Of a stretch of 64,000 nucleotides of DNA, positions 16,793 to 27,073 are shown in pieces. The notes beneath the pieces are model-generated. The model ran no database searches, had not been told where the DNA came from, and saw only the letters and a list, made by a program, of their open reading frames with translations. Position 1 is the stretch's first letter, and each line of letters starts with the position of its first letter. A program made the position numbers and the translations under genes. Source of the stretch: Candidatus Kaelpia imicola (lineage in GTDB: Bacteria; Omnitrophota; Gorgyraeia; Kaelpiales; Kaelpiaceae); assembly GCA_030765505.1 (NCBI GenBank), contig JAVCCL010000004.1, positions 35,933 through 99,932 of the forward strand. The letters are read 5' to 3'.

Positions 16793-18832
16793 ATGCAGGA
16801 AGTCAAGGATATTAGAAACATCGCTATTTTAGGTCACTCTTCATCGGGTAAATCTACATTAGTTGAAGCTATGCTCTATAAAAATGGAGCCATAAGCAGG
16901 TTTGGGCGTATAGAAGATGGTAATACCAGTAGTGATTTTGCTTTTGATGAGATTAAAAAGGGAATATCTATAAATACCTCCGTCTTTAATATTGTCCAGG
17001 ATTCTAAGCTCATAAACATTCTTGATGCTCCTGGTTATGCTGATTTTGCAGGTGATGCATTAGCTGCTTTAAGTGCGGCTGATTCAGTCATACTTACAAT
17101 AGGGGCTCATTCAGGTGTTGAGGTTGGCACTGAGAGGAGCTTTAAAGCTGCTAGAGTAAGCAATAAGTCTGTTATTATTTTTGTCAACAAATGTGATAAA
17201 GAGGATACAGATTTAGATGTTCTTATAAATGAGATAAAAGAGAGGTTTGGTTCAAACTGTATACCATTCAATCTTCCTGATGCTACAGGATCTGGTTTGA
17301 CAGAAATACATAGTATATTTAATTCTGCCGATGCTCCAGAGCCTATTAAATCTAAGCTGGATGAAATCTATAAGGGTATCATTGACTTTGCTGCAGAATC
17401 AGATGATGCACTTCTTGAGAAATATCTTGAAGGAGGAGAGCTGACAGAAGAAGAGGTATCTCAGGGACTTAAAAAGGCTGTTAGAGCAGGAACTTTAATT
17501 CCAGTTTTCTTTGGTTCTGCTTCAAAAGATCAGATTGGAGTAGAGGTTTTAACTAAGGCTGTTGTCAATCTTCTTCCTTCACCTGATGAATTAGGTGCTT
17601 TAGTAGGCAAGAAGCCTGGCAGCGATGAGGAGATGGAGAGAAGAGCGGATATTGGTGAACCTTTCAGTGCCTTTGTATTTAAAACTATATACGATGCCTA
17701 CGTAGGTCAGCTTACTGTTTTTAGAATATTTTCTGGAAAACTTGACTCCGATTCTTCGTTTTTTAATTCTAGCGATGGGTCCAAAGAAAAGATAACTAAG
17801 ATTTTAAGAATCCAGGGTAAGGAGCAGAGTGCTGTTGCATCTGCAAACTGCGGAGAGATAGTTGCGGTTGCAAAACTTAAAAACACAAAGACTGGCGATA
17901 CTATCTGTGACGAGAAAGAGAAGATTATATTTGATTTAATAAATTATCCTGCTTCACCAATGTGTTCTTCAATAAAGCCTAAGTCTAGAGAAGACGAAGA
18001 GAAGATAATGGAAGCATTACATAAGCTTAGTTTTGAAGACCCAACCTTTAAAGTCTCTCGAGAAGAACAGACAAAAGAGCTCCTGATATCAGGGTTAGGT
18101 GACCTACATTTAGATGTTATGGTCGGTAGATTAAGCGAGAGATTTGGTGTTGATGTTGAGTTAAGTGCTCCTAAAGTGCCTTATCGTGAGACTATGACTA
18201 AGGTCTCAGAAGCACAAGGTAGATATAAGAGGCAGACGGGTGGTCGTGGTCAATATGGTGATGCTTGGCTTAGACTAGAGCCTTTAGAGAGAGATAAAGG
18301 GTTTGAGTTTGTCAATGCTATTGTAGGCGGCGTTATCCCTAAATCCTATATACCTGCAGTAGAGAAAGGTGTTAAAAAAGCTATGAAAGAGGGTGTCTTT
18401 ACAGGATGTCCTGTTGTAGACGTTAGAGCTACGCTTTATGATGGTTCTTATCATCCAGTAGACTCATCTGATATGGCGTTTCAGATTGCAGGGTCTATGG
18501 CTTTTAAAAGCGCTGCTAAGAATTCCGGGATGGTTTTGCTTGAACCTATAATGGATATTGAGATAGCTATACCTGATGAGTTTATGGGGCAGATTAGCGG
18601 TGATATCAGTTCAAAGAGAGGAAGGGTTGCAGGAGTTGAGGCTAAAGGTGGTATGGAGAATATAAAGGCGCAGATTCCTATGGCTGAGATGTTTAAGTTT
18701 GGCTCCGAATTACGTTCTATTACTGGTGGGCAAGGTTATTATACTATGGAGTTTTCTCATTATGAGATCGTACCTCAGAGAGAGGCTGAAAAAATAGTTC
18801 AGAAGTCTAAAGTTGGTGAGAGAGAAGAATAA
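16793..18832 (+). CDS. Elongation factor G paralog (EF-G2-like translational GTPase)
   Basis: 679 aa; G-domain GHSSSGKSTL, DAPGYADF; EF-G domains III-V (RYKRQTGGRGQYG). Confidence 0.8.
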   Translation: MQEVKDIRNIAILGHSSSGKSTLVEAMLYKNGAISRFGRIEDGNTSSDFAFDEIKKGISINTSVFNIVQDSKLINILDAPGYADFAGDALAALSAADSVILTIGAHSGVEVGTERSFKAARVSNKSVIIFVNKCDKEDTDLDVLINEIKERFGSNCIPFNLPDATGSGLTEIHSIFNSADAPEPIKSKLDEIYKGIIDFAAESDDALLEKYLEGGELTEEEVSQGLKKAVRAGTLIPVFFGSASKDQIGVEVLTKAVVNLLPSPDELGALVGKKPGSDEEMERRADIGEPFSAFVFKTIYDAYVGQLTVFRIFSGKLDSDSSFFNSSDGSKEKITKILRIQGKEQSAVASANCGEIVAVAKLKNTKTGDTICDEKEKIIFDLINYPASPMCSSIKPKSREDEEKIMEALHKLSFEDPTFKVSREEQTKELLISGLGDLHLDVMVGRLSERFGVDVELSAPKVPYRETMTKVSEAQGRYKRQTGGRGQYGDAWLRLEPLERDKGFEFVNAIVGGVIPKSYIPAVEKGVKKAMKEGVFTGCPVVDVRATLYDGSYHPVDSSDMAFQIAGSMAFKSAAKNSGMVLLEPIMDIEIAIPDEFMGQISGDISSKRGRVAGVEAKGGMENIKAQIPMAEMFKFGSELRSITGGQGYYTMEFSHYEIVPQREAEKIVQKSKVGEREE

Positions 18833-18858
18833 GATATGTTGCTTCTTGATATTTCGGT

Positions 18859-18867
18859 TGATATAAT
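18859..18867 (+). promoter_or_regulatory. Extended -10 (TGaTATAAT) upstream of yebC within a conserved 26-nt motif
   Basis: ttcttgatatttcggttgatataatt; a near copy lies upstream of the DUF2905 gene at 22354-22379. Confidence 0.4.
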
Positions 18868-18896
18868 TTACCTATATTTATGAAGGAGAGAGAGTA

Positions 18897-19661
18897 ATGT
18901 CCGGACATTCTAAATGGGCGAATATAAAGCATAAAAAAGGTGCTGCTGATGCTAAGAAGGGTAAAATCTTTAGCAAGATTGCAAAAGAGATTACTGTAGC
19001 AGCCAAAGACGGCGGCGGAGATCCAGGTGCTAATCCTCATCTGAGACAAGCAATGGATAAAGCTAAAGAAGCCAATATGCCCAATGATAATGTTGAGAGG
19101 GCGATTAAGAGAGGAACAGGGGAGTTGCCCGGGGTAAGTTATGAGCAGGTACAGTATGAAGGGTACGGATCTGCTGGGGTTGCTATTCTTGTTGAAGCGT
19201 TGACCGATAATAAGAATAGGACTACGTCTGACGTTAGGAATATATTTAGCAAGCGCGGCGGAAATATGGCCGGAGCCGGTTCTGTAGCCTGGATTTTTGC
19301 GAGGAAAGGTTTAATAATAATTTCTAAAGATGCTATGGGCGAAGATGCTCTTTTAAGTATGGTTATAGATACCGGAGCAGAGGACATGAAGACGGAGGAT
19401 GGTAATTATGAGATTACTACTTCTGTAGATAAATTTGAAGATATTAAAAATAAGCTTAAGGATAATAATATTGATTATATCTCTGCTGGAATTACGATGA
19501 TTCCTTCCAATACTATTAGGTTGACTGGTCAAGATGCAAAGCAGGTATTATTGCTAATGGAGGAGCTAGAGTCCCATGATGATGTTCAGGATGTTCACGC
19601 TAATTTTGATATACCGGATAAGATCATAGAAGAGGTCGTTGGTGAAGATACTGGGAGTTGA
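18897..19661 (+). CDS. yebC: YebC/PmpR family DNA-binding transcriptional regulator
   Basis: MSGHSKWANIKHKKG N-terminus; conserved linkage to ruvCAB. Confidence 0.9.
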   Translation: MSGHSKWANIKHKKGAADAKKGKIFSKIAKEITVAAKDGGGDPGANPHLRQAMDKAKEANMPNDNVERAIKRGTGELPGVSYEQVQYEGYGSAGVAILVEALTDNKNRTTSDVRNIFSKRGGNMAGAGSVAWIFARKGLIIISKDAMGEDALLSMVIDTGAEDMKTEDGNYEITTSVDKFEDIKNKLKDNNIDYISAGITMIPSNTIRLTGQDAKQVLLLMEELESHDDVQDVHANFDIPDKIIEEVVGEDTGS

Positions 19662-20154
19662 CCCTGGGTTGGATAGTAGTGGATATGCTTTGATTGAATC
19701 CAGCAAAGGTTGTGATTTATCCAATCTTAAAGATGGCGTCAATATTTTAAATTTCAGCACTATAGCTCCTGATTCTAAGAAACCTCTCGAAGAGCGGCTT
19801 AAATATATACATTCAAAATTCAAGAAGCTTCTATCCGAGCTAGAGCCCGACGTCGTTGTTGTTGAAGATATATATTCCAACTCTTCTTATCCCCAGGCAG
19901 GTTTAAAGATGGCCAGTGTAAAGGGAGTTGTGGAGCTTGCGGTATCTCAGAAAAATATAAAGATAGTCAACATAGCAGCAACAAAAGTGAAGAAAACTAT
20001 TATAGGGCGCGGCAATGCTAAAAAAGAGCAGGTTGCAAAAATGATGGAAGAGGGCTTTAATTTGAAAGGGGCAGGCAACTTGCACGAGTCTGATGCTTTA
20101 GCTGTAGCTTTGGCTTATCTCCTGATAACGACAAGAAAGGTTCAAGTTTTATGA
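19639..20154 (+). CDS. ruvC: Holliday junction resolvase RuvC
   Basis: ILGVDPGLDSSGYALIE catalytic N-terminus. Confidence 0.9.
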   Translation: MVKILGVDPGLDSSGYALIESSKGCDLSNLKDGVNILNFSTIAPDSKKPLEERLKYIHSKFKKLLSELEPDVVVVEDIYSNSSYPQAGLKMASVKGVVELAVSQKNIKIVNIAATKVKKTIIGRGNAKKEQVAKMMEEGFNLKGAGNLHESDALAVALAYLLITTRKVQVL

Positions 20155-20765
20155 TCTCGAGACTTCAAGGAGCTATAAGAGATATTAGAGAGAGCAGTAT
20201 CATTGTATCAAGCGGTGCTTTTGGTTATGAGATTTTGATTCCGGATTCTGTTCTGCAGGGTTTAGAGAGAGACCAGGAGATAGATCTTGTCATATATAGT
20301 TATTACCAGAGTGAAGGCAATAAGATGGTTCCTGTTTTAATAGGCTTCAGGAATTATGTAGAGAGAGAGTTTTTTGAAAATCTTATCAAGATATCGGGTA
20401 TCGGTGCTAAGGTTGCAATTAGAGCGCTTAAATATCCTGTCTCTCAGCTTGCTATTGCAATTGATAGAGGAGATGAGAAATTCTTAAGTTCTCTTCCTGG
20501 AATAGGGCAGCAGAAAGCAAGGCTGATTATAGCAAGATTACAGGGTAAGGTAGGTAAGTATGCCTTGGTTCAAGAAGGTGCTAAAAAGTTATTAAAAGTA
20601 GATTCGGGTATTAGAGACGAGGCTCTCGATGTATTGCTCCAGCTGCAGTATAAGAAGAGTGAAGCTGAAGAGATGATAGATAAAGCATTTCTTAGAAATT
20701 TAGAGCCCAAGAATGTAGAAGAGCTGCTCAATGAGATATATAGAGTGAGGATAACGAATAGATGA
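20151..20765 (+). CDS. ruvA: Holliday junction branch migration protein RuvA
   Basis: 204 aa; HhH motifs GIGAKVA/GIGQQKA; position between ruvC and ruvB. Confidence 0.9.
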   Translation: MISRLQGAIRDIRESSIIVSSGAFGYEILIPDSVLQGLERDQEIDLVIYSYYQSEGNKMVPVLIGFRNYVEREFFENLIKISGIGAKVAIRALKYPVSQLAIAIDRGDEKFLSSLPGIGQQKARLIIARLQGKVGKYALVQEGAKKLLKVDSGIRDEALDVLLQLQYKKSEAEEMIDKAFLRNLEPKNVEELLNEIYRVRITNR

Positions 20766-21769
20766 AAGAGGAGAATATAAATAAAAATATTCAGGATGAG
20801 GAACAGATACTGAATATATCCTTAAGGCCTAAGAGATTAGGTGAGTTCGTAGGTCAGAGGCGAGTTACAGATGGTTTAAGTATAGGTGTTAAGGCTGCCT
20901 TAAAGAGGGAAGAACCGATAGACCATATTCTTTTCTCAGGTCCTCAAGGGTTAGGTAAGACTACCCTTGCTCATGTTATGGCCCACGAGATGGATTCAAA
21001 TATTATTACTACTTCTGGTCCCAGTATTGATAGAGCCGGAGATCTGGTCGGTATACTTACCAATCTTAATGAAGGTGATATATTCTTCATAGATGAGATT
21101 CACAGATTATCTAAAACCGTTGAGGAGTTTCTCTATTCAGCAATGGAGAATTTTAAGATCGATTTCATTATAGATAAAGGGCCGTATGCAAGGACGATAA
21201 AGTTTCATCTTAAACATTTTACTCTTGTCGGGGCGACTACGCGTTCAGGATTATTATCTGCTCCTTTAAGGGCTAGATTCGGTATATACTACCATCTTGA
21301 CTTTTATCAGCCTGATGAACTCTCTTACATTATAAAGCGTTCTGCGAGCCTGCTGGATATTCCAATTGAAGAAAAAGCGGCTTTAATGATAGCGAAGTGC
21401 TCTCGCGGTACACCGCGTATAGCCAACAGGATTTTACGTAGAGTACGCGATTATACCCAGGTTAAATCTGATGGTAGTATTACCCCCTCAATCGTATCTA
21501 TTGCGCTGGAGAAAGAAGGGATTGACGATCTAGGTTTAAGCCATGTTGATAGAAGGGTACTTTCAACAATAATAGAGCAGTATAAAGGCGGTCCTGTAGG
21601 AATAGATGCACTGGTTGCAGCCCTCAATGAAGAGCCGGATACGATAATAGATGTTGTTGAGCCTTACCTCTTGAAGGCCGGATTTTTAAAGAGAACCCGT
21701 AAGGGGAGAGAGGTAACTAAACTTGCTTATAAACATTTAAAGTCTAATAAAGGTAAAGCATTTTTTTAG
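20762..21769 (+). CDS. ruvB: Holliday junction branch migration helicase RuvB
   Basis: GPQGLGKTTLA Walker A; RuvB-type AAA+ followed by winged helix. Confidence 0.95.
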   Translation: MKEENINKNIQDEEQILNISLRPKRLGEFVGQRRVTDGLSIGVKAALKREEPIDHILFSGPQGLGKTTLAHVMAHEMDSNIITTSGPSIDRAGDLVGILTNLNEGDIFFIDEIHRLSKTVEEFLYSAMENFKIDFIIDKGPYARTIKFHLKHFTLVGATTRSGLLSAPLRARFGIYYHLDFYQPDELSYIIKRSASLLDIPIEEKAALMIAKCSRGTPRIANRILRRVRDYTQVKSDGSITPSIVSIALEKEGIDDLGLSHVDRRVLSTIIEQYKGGPVGIDALVAALNEEPDTIIDVVEPYLLKAGFLKRTRKGREVTKLAYKHLKSNKGKAFF

Positions 21770-21778
21770 TCTATCTCT

Positions 21779-22339
21779 ATGAGTAGCATCTTAATTCATA
21801 TCTGCTGTGCGCCATGCGCAATTGAAGTAGTCAATGAATCCAGGAGAATGGGTTTTGATAATATTCTTGGCTATTATGCCAATCCCAATATCCATCCTTA
21901 TTCAGAGTTTAAGAAAAGAGAAAAGACTCTTTTTGAATATTGTAAGTTATCTGGTTTAAGCTGTGAGTATTTAGATTGTAATCCTTATTCTTTCTTCAAA
22001 GCTCTGGCTGCTGAATATCAAAGCCCTAAGAGGTGCTGGAGATGTTGGGAGCTTAGGCTCAAATTAACGGCTAAGTTTGCAAAAGATAGAAAGATCGATA
22101 GTTTTACTACTACATTATTGATAAGTCCTTATCAGTCTCAAGAGAAGATAATTGAGATAGGCGAAGAAGCGGGCCGGGAATACGGACTTAATTTTATATC
22201 TTTGAATTTCAGAAAATTTTATTCAGAAGGTAGGCGTAGGGCGAAAGAACTTGATCTCTACAGACAAAACTACTGCGGGTGTATCTTCAGTGAGTTCGAT
22301 AGAGAAGAGAGGATTAAATCTAAGAAGCAGAATACCTGA
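21779..22339 (+). CDS. queH: Epoxyqueuosine reductase QueH (DUF208)
   Basis: LIHICCAPCA and CxxCxxxR; C-terminal YCGC. Confidence 0.8.
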   Translation: MSSILIHICCAPCAIEVVNESRRMGFDNILGYYANPNIHPYSEFKKREKTLFEYCKLSGLSCEYLDCNPYSFFKALAAEYQSPKRCWRCWELRLKLTAKFAKDRKIDSFTTTLLISPYQSQEKIIEIGEEAGREYGLNFISLNFRKFYSEGRRRAKELDLYRQNYCGCIFSEFDREERIKSKKQNT

Positions 22340-22408
22340 GCTGTACTATCTGTTCTTGATATTTCTGTTTAGAATATTTATCATGTCATTGTTTCAAGGA
22401 GATGTATT

Positions 22409-22615
22409 TTGGCTAAAATTTTAATTATTACAGGTCTATTAATGGTTGTTGTGGGAGGCTTTATTTTGGTCTTTGGAAAAATTCCATATTTCGGTAAGCT
22501 GCCTGGTGATATTGTAATTAAAAGAGGCAGTCTGACATTCTATCTTCCTTTTACAACATTGATAATACTAAGTATTGCTTTATCTATTATTATGAGATTT
22601 TTAATCAGAAAATGA
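22409..22615 (+). CDS. DUF2905 family small membrane protein (TTG start)
   Basis: 68 aa; two TM segments; GKIPYFGKLPGDI motif. Confidence 0.6.
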   Translation: MAKILIITGLLMVVVGGFILVFGKIPYFGKLPGDIVIKRGSLTFYLPFTTLIILSIALSIIMRFLIRK

Positions 22616-23748
22616 AAAAGATATTACCTTTCCTTATCTTTGGATTATTCTTATTTTCCAAAAATGGTTTTTCTTTAGACGACTCTTTGAGAGTAGTTAT
22701 TAAAAAAAATATCAAGAGCTGCCATCTTCTGGTTAAGGGAGATTACAGAGTACAGCTCCCTTTTACAGGGGAAGAGTTGGATAGAGGCAGGAATCTAAGG
22801 GTAGATATATCCGTAGATAATGGTAAAGGTATAAAGATTGGAGGAAGTTATTATAATGTTTTTGCAGTTGAAGTTTTACCGCAAAGAGATGGAGCTATCT
22901 ACCTAGACTCCAGGCCCTATCGCGGAAAAGCGAGGTTTATAAGGGAAGATAATAGCCTGACTGTTATCAACATTGTATCGCTTGAAGACTATTTAAAGGG
23001 AGTTTTAGAGTATGAAGTTGCACATTGGTGGCCGATGGAAGCGCTCAGAGCTCAAGCTGTAGCTGCCCGCAGCTATGCATTATATATGAAAGAGATGAAT
23101 AGGAATAAGAATTATGATTTAACATCCGATGTTCTATCTCAAGTTTACGGGGGCAAACTTGGTGAGCGTTGGCGTATAAAGAGAGCTGTCTTATCTACTA
23201 AAGGGTTAATATTGATCTATAACGGCAAGATTCTTCCTGCTTTTTACCATTCAACATGCGGCGGACATACGGATAATGTAAAACACCTCTGGAAGATGGA
23301 GACTCCTCCTCTTAGCGGGGTGAGCTGCGATTTCTGCCGTTACTCCAAGCATTACCGCTGGAATAAGAAGATAAAGGTCAAAGATTTCAAAGCTGCTCTT
23401 AGTAAGGCTGAATATAGTTTGAATAATATAGAGAGAGTTCTTGTTAAAGAGCGTTACGGGAGCGGTTACGTAAAGGAGATAGAGATCTTTGCAGATGGTA
23501 AGGAGTATCTTATCTTAGCTAAAGAGTTTAGGAGTATTCTAGGAGCAAATATTATAAGAAGCAGGAGATTTATACTTGAGAAGATAGACGGTGTTATAGA
23601 TATTAAGGGTTACGGCTGGGGCCATGGTATTGGACTATGTCAGTGGGGTGCCTATGGTATGGCTAGAAAAGGATATGACTTTCGTGAGATCTTAGAGCAT
23701 TACTATCCTGGTTCTGAAATAAAAAAGATTGTTTGGGATGAGAACTAG
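22612..23748 (+). CDS. SpoIID/LytB domain protein (amidase enhancer-like)
   Basis: C-terminal CQWGAYGMA; signal peptide. Confidence 0.8.
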   Translation: MKKILPFLIFGLFLFSKNGFSLDDSLRVVIKKNIKSCHLLVKGDYRVQLPFTGEELDRGRNLRVDISVDNGKGIKIGGSYYNVFAVEVLPQRDGAIYLDSRPYRGKARFIREDNSLTVINIVSLEDYLKGVLEYEVAHWWPMEALRAQAVAARSYALYMKEMNRNKNYDLTSDVLSQVYGGKLGERWRIKRAVLSTKGLILIYNGKILPAFYHSTCGGHTDNVKHLWKMETPPLSGVSCDFCRYSKHYRWNKKIKVKDFKAALSKAEYSLNNIERVLVKERYGSGYVKEIEIFADGKEYLILAKEFRSILGANIIRSRRFILEKIDGVIDIKGYGWGHGIGLCQWGAYGMARKGYDFREILEHYYPGSEIKKIVWDEN

Positions 23749-24778
23749 AATAGATTTAGAAGATTACAATTACAACTTAGATAGAGAGTTGATTGCATAT
23801 TACCCAACTCAAAAAAGAGAAGAGTCTCGCCTTATGGTTTTAGATCGCAAGAGGGAAGGTATCGAAATTAAAATCTTTAAAGATATGCTAATCTATTTTA
23901 AGAAAGGAGATGTTTTAGTCAGAAATGTTTCGAAGGTGATTCCGGCTCGCCTGTTTGCAAATAGAGATATGGGAGGAAGAATAGAGATTCTTTTTCTCGG
24001 CCAGCCGATTAAAGGTGAAAATATTGTTTTAATGAAGTTAAGAGGTAGATTGAGGATGAATGAAGAGATATATCTTCCCGGAGATAAGAGAGCAATCTAT
24101 ATAGGCAGGCAAGACGGTTTTAATGTGATAAGACTTCTGTTTGATCCTGGATTTGACTATCTTCTGGAGTATGGGAATATGCCTCTTCCTCCTTACATAA
24201 AGAGAGAAGCCGAAGCATTGGATAGGGAGCGTTATCAGACAGTATATGCTAAGAATCCAGGTTCGGTTGCTGCTCCTACTGCAGGCCTCCATTTTAGCTT
24301 GGAATTGATCTCTAAGATAGAGTCTATCGGTGTAGATATTGTGGATCTCCTGCTGCATGTTAGCTATGCGACCTTCAAGCCTTTAGATAAGGTAGGTCTT
24401 GGCAGAGATAGGCTTCATGAAGAGCATTACGAAATGTCAGAGAAGAGCGCTTCTAAAATCAATAAAGCCAAAAAGGATGGCCGAAGGATTATAGCTGTTG
24501 GCACTACAACGGTTAGAGTTTTAGAATCGCAGGCATACTGTGAGGATGGAGATTTAGGGGTTAAACCTGGTGAAGGTATGACAGACATATTTATTAAACC
24601 GGGATATAAGTTCAAAATCATAGATGCTTTAATAACTAATTTTCACTTGCCTAGAACAAGTCTCCTGCTCTTAGTCTCAGCTTTTGCCGGGCGGGATCTT
24701 CTTTTCTCCGGATATAAGAAGGCGGTAGAAAGGAGGTTCCGGTTCTATTCTTATGGGGATGCCATGTTTATTGTCTAA
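23729..24778 (+). CDS. queA: S-adenosylmethionine:tRNA ribosyltransferase-isomerase
   Basis: LDDYNYNLDRELIAYYP N-terminus; GTTTVRVLES. Confidence 0.9.
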   Translation: MFGMRTRIDLEDYNYNLDRELIAYYPTQKREESRLMVLDRKREGIEIKIFKDMLIYFKKGDVLVRNVSKVIPARLFANRDMGGRIEILFLGQPIKGENIVLMKLRGRLRMNEEIYLPGDKRAIYIGRQDGFNVIRLLFDPGFDYLLEYGNMPLPPYIKREAEALDRERYQTVYAKNPGSVAAPTAGLHFSLELISKIESIGVDIVDLLLHVSYATFKPLDKVGLGRDRLHEEHYEMSEKSASKINKAKKDGRRIIAVGTTTVRVLESQAYCEDGDLGVKPGEGMTDIFIKPGYKFKIIDALITNFHLPRTSLLLLVSAFAGRDLLFSGYKKAVERRFRFYSYGDAMFIV

Positions 24779-24866
24779 TCTGATTCTATGGTTTTAAGAG
24801 AGCGAATATCAGAGCATCTCGACTTTAAATTAAAAAAGTTGATTTTTTTCTTTTTTGCTGTACAAT

Positions 24867-24895
24867 TTCATAAATTGCGAAGTTCTTTATATAAT
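24867..24895 (+). promoter_or_regulatory. Putative promoter for the tRNA-Thr/tRNA-Tyr pair (TTCATA -17- TATAAT)
   Basis: -10 TATAAT 7 nt upstream of the mature tRNA 5' end; weak -35. Confidence 0.35.
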
Positions 24896-24902
24896 ATAAG
24901 AT

Positions 24903-24974
24903 GCTGGCGTAGCTCAGTGGTAGAGCTGGGGTTTTGTAAACCTCAGGTCGGGGGTTCGAATCCCTCCGCCAGCT
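24903..24974 (+). tRNA. tRNA-Thr (anticodon TGT)
   Basis: Cloverleaf read by eye: acceptor GCTGGCG/CGCCAGC, D-arm GCTCAGTGGTAGAGC, anticodon loop TTTGTAA, T-arm GGGGGTTCGAATCCCTC. Confidence 0.9.
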
Positions 24975-24998
24975 TTTTGAAGAGATATTAAAATTTAT

Positions 24999-25080
24999 GG
25001 GCAGGTACCCAAGTGGACAACGGGGGCAGACTGTAAATCTGCTGCCAACGGCTTCGGAGGTTCAAATCCTTCCCTGCCCA
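24999..25080 (+). tRNA. tRNA-Tyr (anticodon GTA), long variable arm
   Basis: Acceptor GGGCAGG/CCTGCCC, anticodon loop CTGTAAA, long extra arm, T-arm GGAGGTTCAAATCCTTC. Confidence 0.9.
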
Positions 25081-25160
25081 TTCTTTTAATCTCTACTTAG
25101 AATTTTGTGTCCCTATCTATCCAATTGAAGTAATTAAAAAAGTCTGTTAATATTTTCTCT

Positions 25161-26276
25161 ATGAAAGAAGAGTATAAGTCAGCACTGGATCAGATACGCC
25201 AGAAGTATGACGAGATTCTCTCTAAGCTATCTCAAGTTGAGATTTCTTCCAATTATGAGATCTGTCAGGAGTATGCTAAAGAGAGAGCTCGTTATGATAA
25301 TGTTGTCGTTGCGGCTGAATTATTAGAGGATAGAGAGTTGGAATTGAAAGGGATAACGGAGATGTTAAATCAGAATGGTGTAGCTCAGGACATGAAAGAA
25401 TTGGCAGAGGAGGAGAGAGAAAGAATTAGTACTGAGATAGAGGGTATCAACGTGAAGTTAGAGAGATTAATACTGAACACTTTTATATCACCTGAAGTCT
25501 ATAAGAATATAATTTTCGAGATACGTGCAGGAACAGGAGGAAATGAAGCCGGACTTTTTGTTGCGGATCTATATAAGATGTATAGCCGGTTTGCTCAGAA
25601 ACAGGGCTGGAGATTAGAAGTTATGGATTCAAATCCTACTTCTCTGGGCGGTTTTAAAGAACTGATATTTTCTATTTCAGGTAGAGATGTTTATCAGTAT
25701 ATGAAGTATGAGAGCGGGGTCCATAGGGTTCAACGTGTACCTTTAACTGAGACAGGGGGGCGAATTCATACTTCGGCAGTCTCTGTTGTTGTTTTGCCTG
25801 AACCGGAAGAGGTTGAAGTTAAGATAGATACTAAGGATTTAAAGATAGATACTTATAGAGCATCTGGGGCAGGAGGACAACATGTTAACGTGACTGATTC
25901 TGCGGTTAGAATTACCCATCTTCCATCAGGTATTGTTGTTGCCTGCCAAGATGAGCGTTCACAGATAAAAAACAGACAGAAGGCGATGAGAATCTTAAAA
26001 GCGCGATTATTAGATTTTCAGATAAGAACTCAGGAGAGAGAACGCGATGAGAAGAGACGTGTATCTGTTGGGACAGGAGATAGAAGCGAGAAGATAAGGA
26101 CCTATAATTTTCCCGACAATAGAGTTACGGACCATAGAATAAACCTGACCCTGTATAAACTTGAAGGGATATTAAACGGAGATCTTGATGAGATTGTCGA
26201 ATCTCTGATGATAGAAGAGAGAAAGAAGATGCTTAAAAAATTAAAGTTTAAGGGAAGCATAGATGAGAGCGGTTGA
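25161..26276 (+). CDS. prfA: Peptide chain release factor 1
   Basis: GGQ motif (GAGGQHVNV); PxT-type codon recognition motif PLT. Confidence 0.9.
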   Translation: MKEEYKSALDQIRQKYDEILSKLSQVEISSNYEICQEYAKERARYDNVVVAAELLEDRELELKGITEMLNQNGVAQDMKELAEEERERISTEIEGINVKLERLILNTFISPEVYKNIIFEIRAGTGGNEAGLFVADLYKMYSRFAQKQGWRLEVMDSNPTSLGGFKELIFSISGRDVYQYMKYESGVHRVQRVPLTETGGRIHTSAVSVVVLPEPEEVEVKIDTKDLKIDTYRASGAGGQHVNVTDSAVRITHLPSGIVVACQDERSQIKNRQKAMRILKARLLDFQIRTQERERDEKRRVSVGTGDRSEKIRTYNFPDNRVTDHRINLTLYKLEGILNGDLDEIVESLMIEERKKMLKKLKFKGSIDESG

Positions 26277-27072
26277 TATTGTAAGCAGGTATAGCAGTGA
26301 GATTTCAAAGAGAGAAGCAGAGGAGATAATGCTTTCCGTTTTAAACTTTAAATGCCGAAGCGAGCTCTATATGGCTGAAATTAAAGATCTCCCTCTATAT
26401 GAGATGGATTATTTTCTAAGCCAGAGAAAGAGAGGCATACCTTTACAGTATTTAACATCGAATGTTAATTTTTACGGCTTTGATTTCAACGTAGAAGAGG
26501 GTCTCTTTATCCCGCGTCCGGAAACAGAAGTCGTTGTTGATTATATAGCTAAAGAGTATTCTGGACATAAAAATCTGAAGATACTGGAGATAGGTACAGG
26601 GACCGGTGTAATAGCTATATGTTTGACAAAGTTATTTGACGATTGTAGAATTGTTGCCACCGATATCAGCTCTAATGCTATTCGTGTTGCATCAGAGAAT
26701 GCAGTTTTAAATAGTTCTGCATTGAATATTTTGTTTGTAAAGGGCGATTCGATTGGATTTATTAAAAGGGAGAGATTTTTTGACCTTCTGGTTTCAAATC
26801 CTCCTTATATAGCATTTTCTCAAGAGAGTGTTTTACCTCCTGAGGTAAAGAGGGAACCCAGAGAGGCTCTCTTTGGAGGAGAGAATGGTTATGAGTTTAC
26901 TCTTCAGCTGATAGCCGAAGCCTCTGCTGTTATAAAAAAAGGCGGTAGAATGATTATAGAGATAGACCCTGAGCATAAATTTATATATGAGAGTAGACTA
27001 ATTAGGGTTAAAAAGTTGGATTTTATAGAGGATCTGGAACATAAAGAGAGAGTAATGGTTATAAGTTTTTAA
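26263..27072 (+). CDS. prmC: Release factor glutamine N5-methyltransferase PrmC/HemK
   Basis: NPPY motif (VSNPPYI); SAM-binding LEIGTGTG. Confidence 0.9.
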   Translation: MRAVDIVSRYSSEISKREAEEIMLSVLNFKCRSELYMAEIKDLPLYEMDYFLSQRKRGIPLQYLTSNVNFYGFDFNVEEGLFIPRPETEVVVDYIAKEYSGHKNLKILEIGTGTGVIAICLTKLFDDCRIVATDISSNAIRVASENAVLNSSALNILFVKGDSIGFIKRERFFDLLVSNPPYIAFSQESVLPPEVKREPREALFGGENGYEFTLQLIAEASAVIKKGGRMIIEIDPEHKFIYESRLIRVKKLDFIEDLEHKERVMVISF

Positions 27073-27073
27073 A

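Noticed and set aside
24788-24991. 67-aa ORF overlapping tRNA-Thr
   Set aside because: Completely overlaps a well-formed tRNA gene and its promoter; no RBS; spurious.
25161-26276. Programmed +1 frameshift site in a release-factor gene
   Set aside because: The gene is RF1 (PxT-type motif, GGQ) read in a single frame; the autoregulatory frameshift is a feature of prfB (RF2), which is not in this window.
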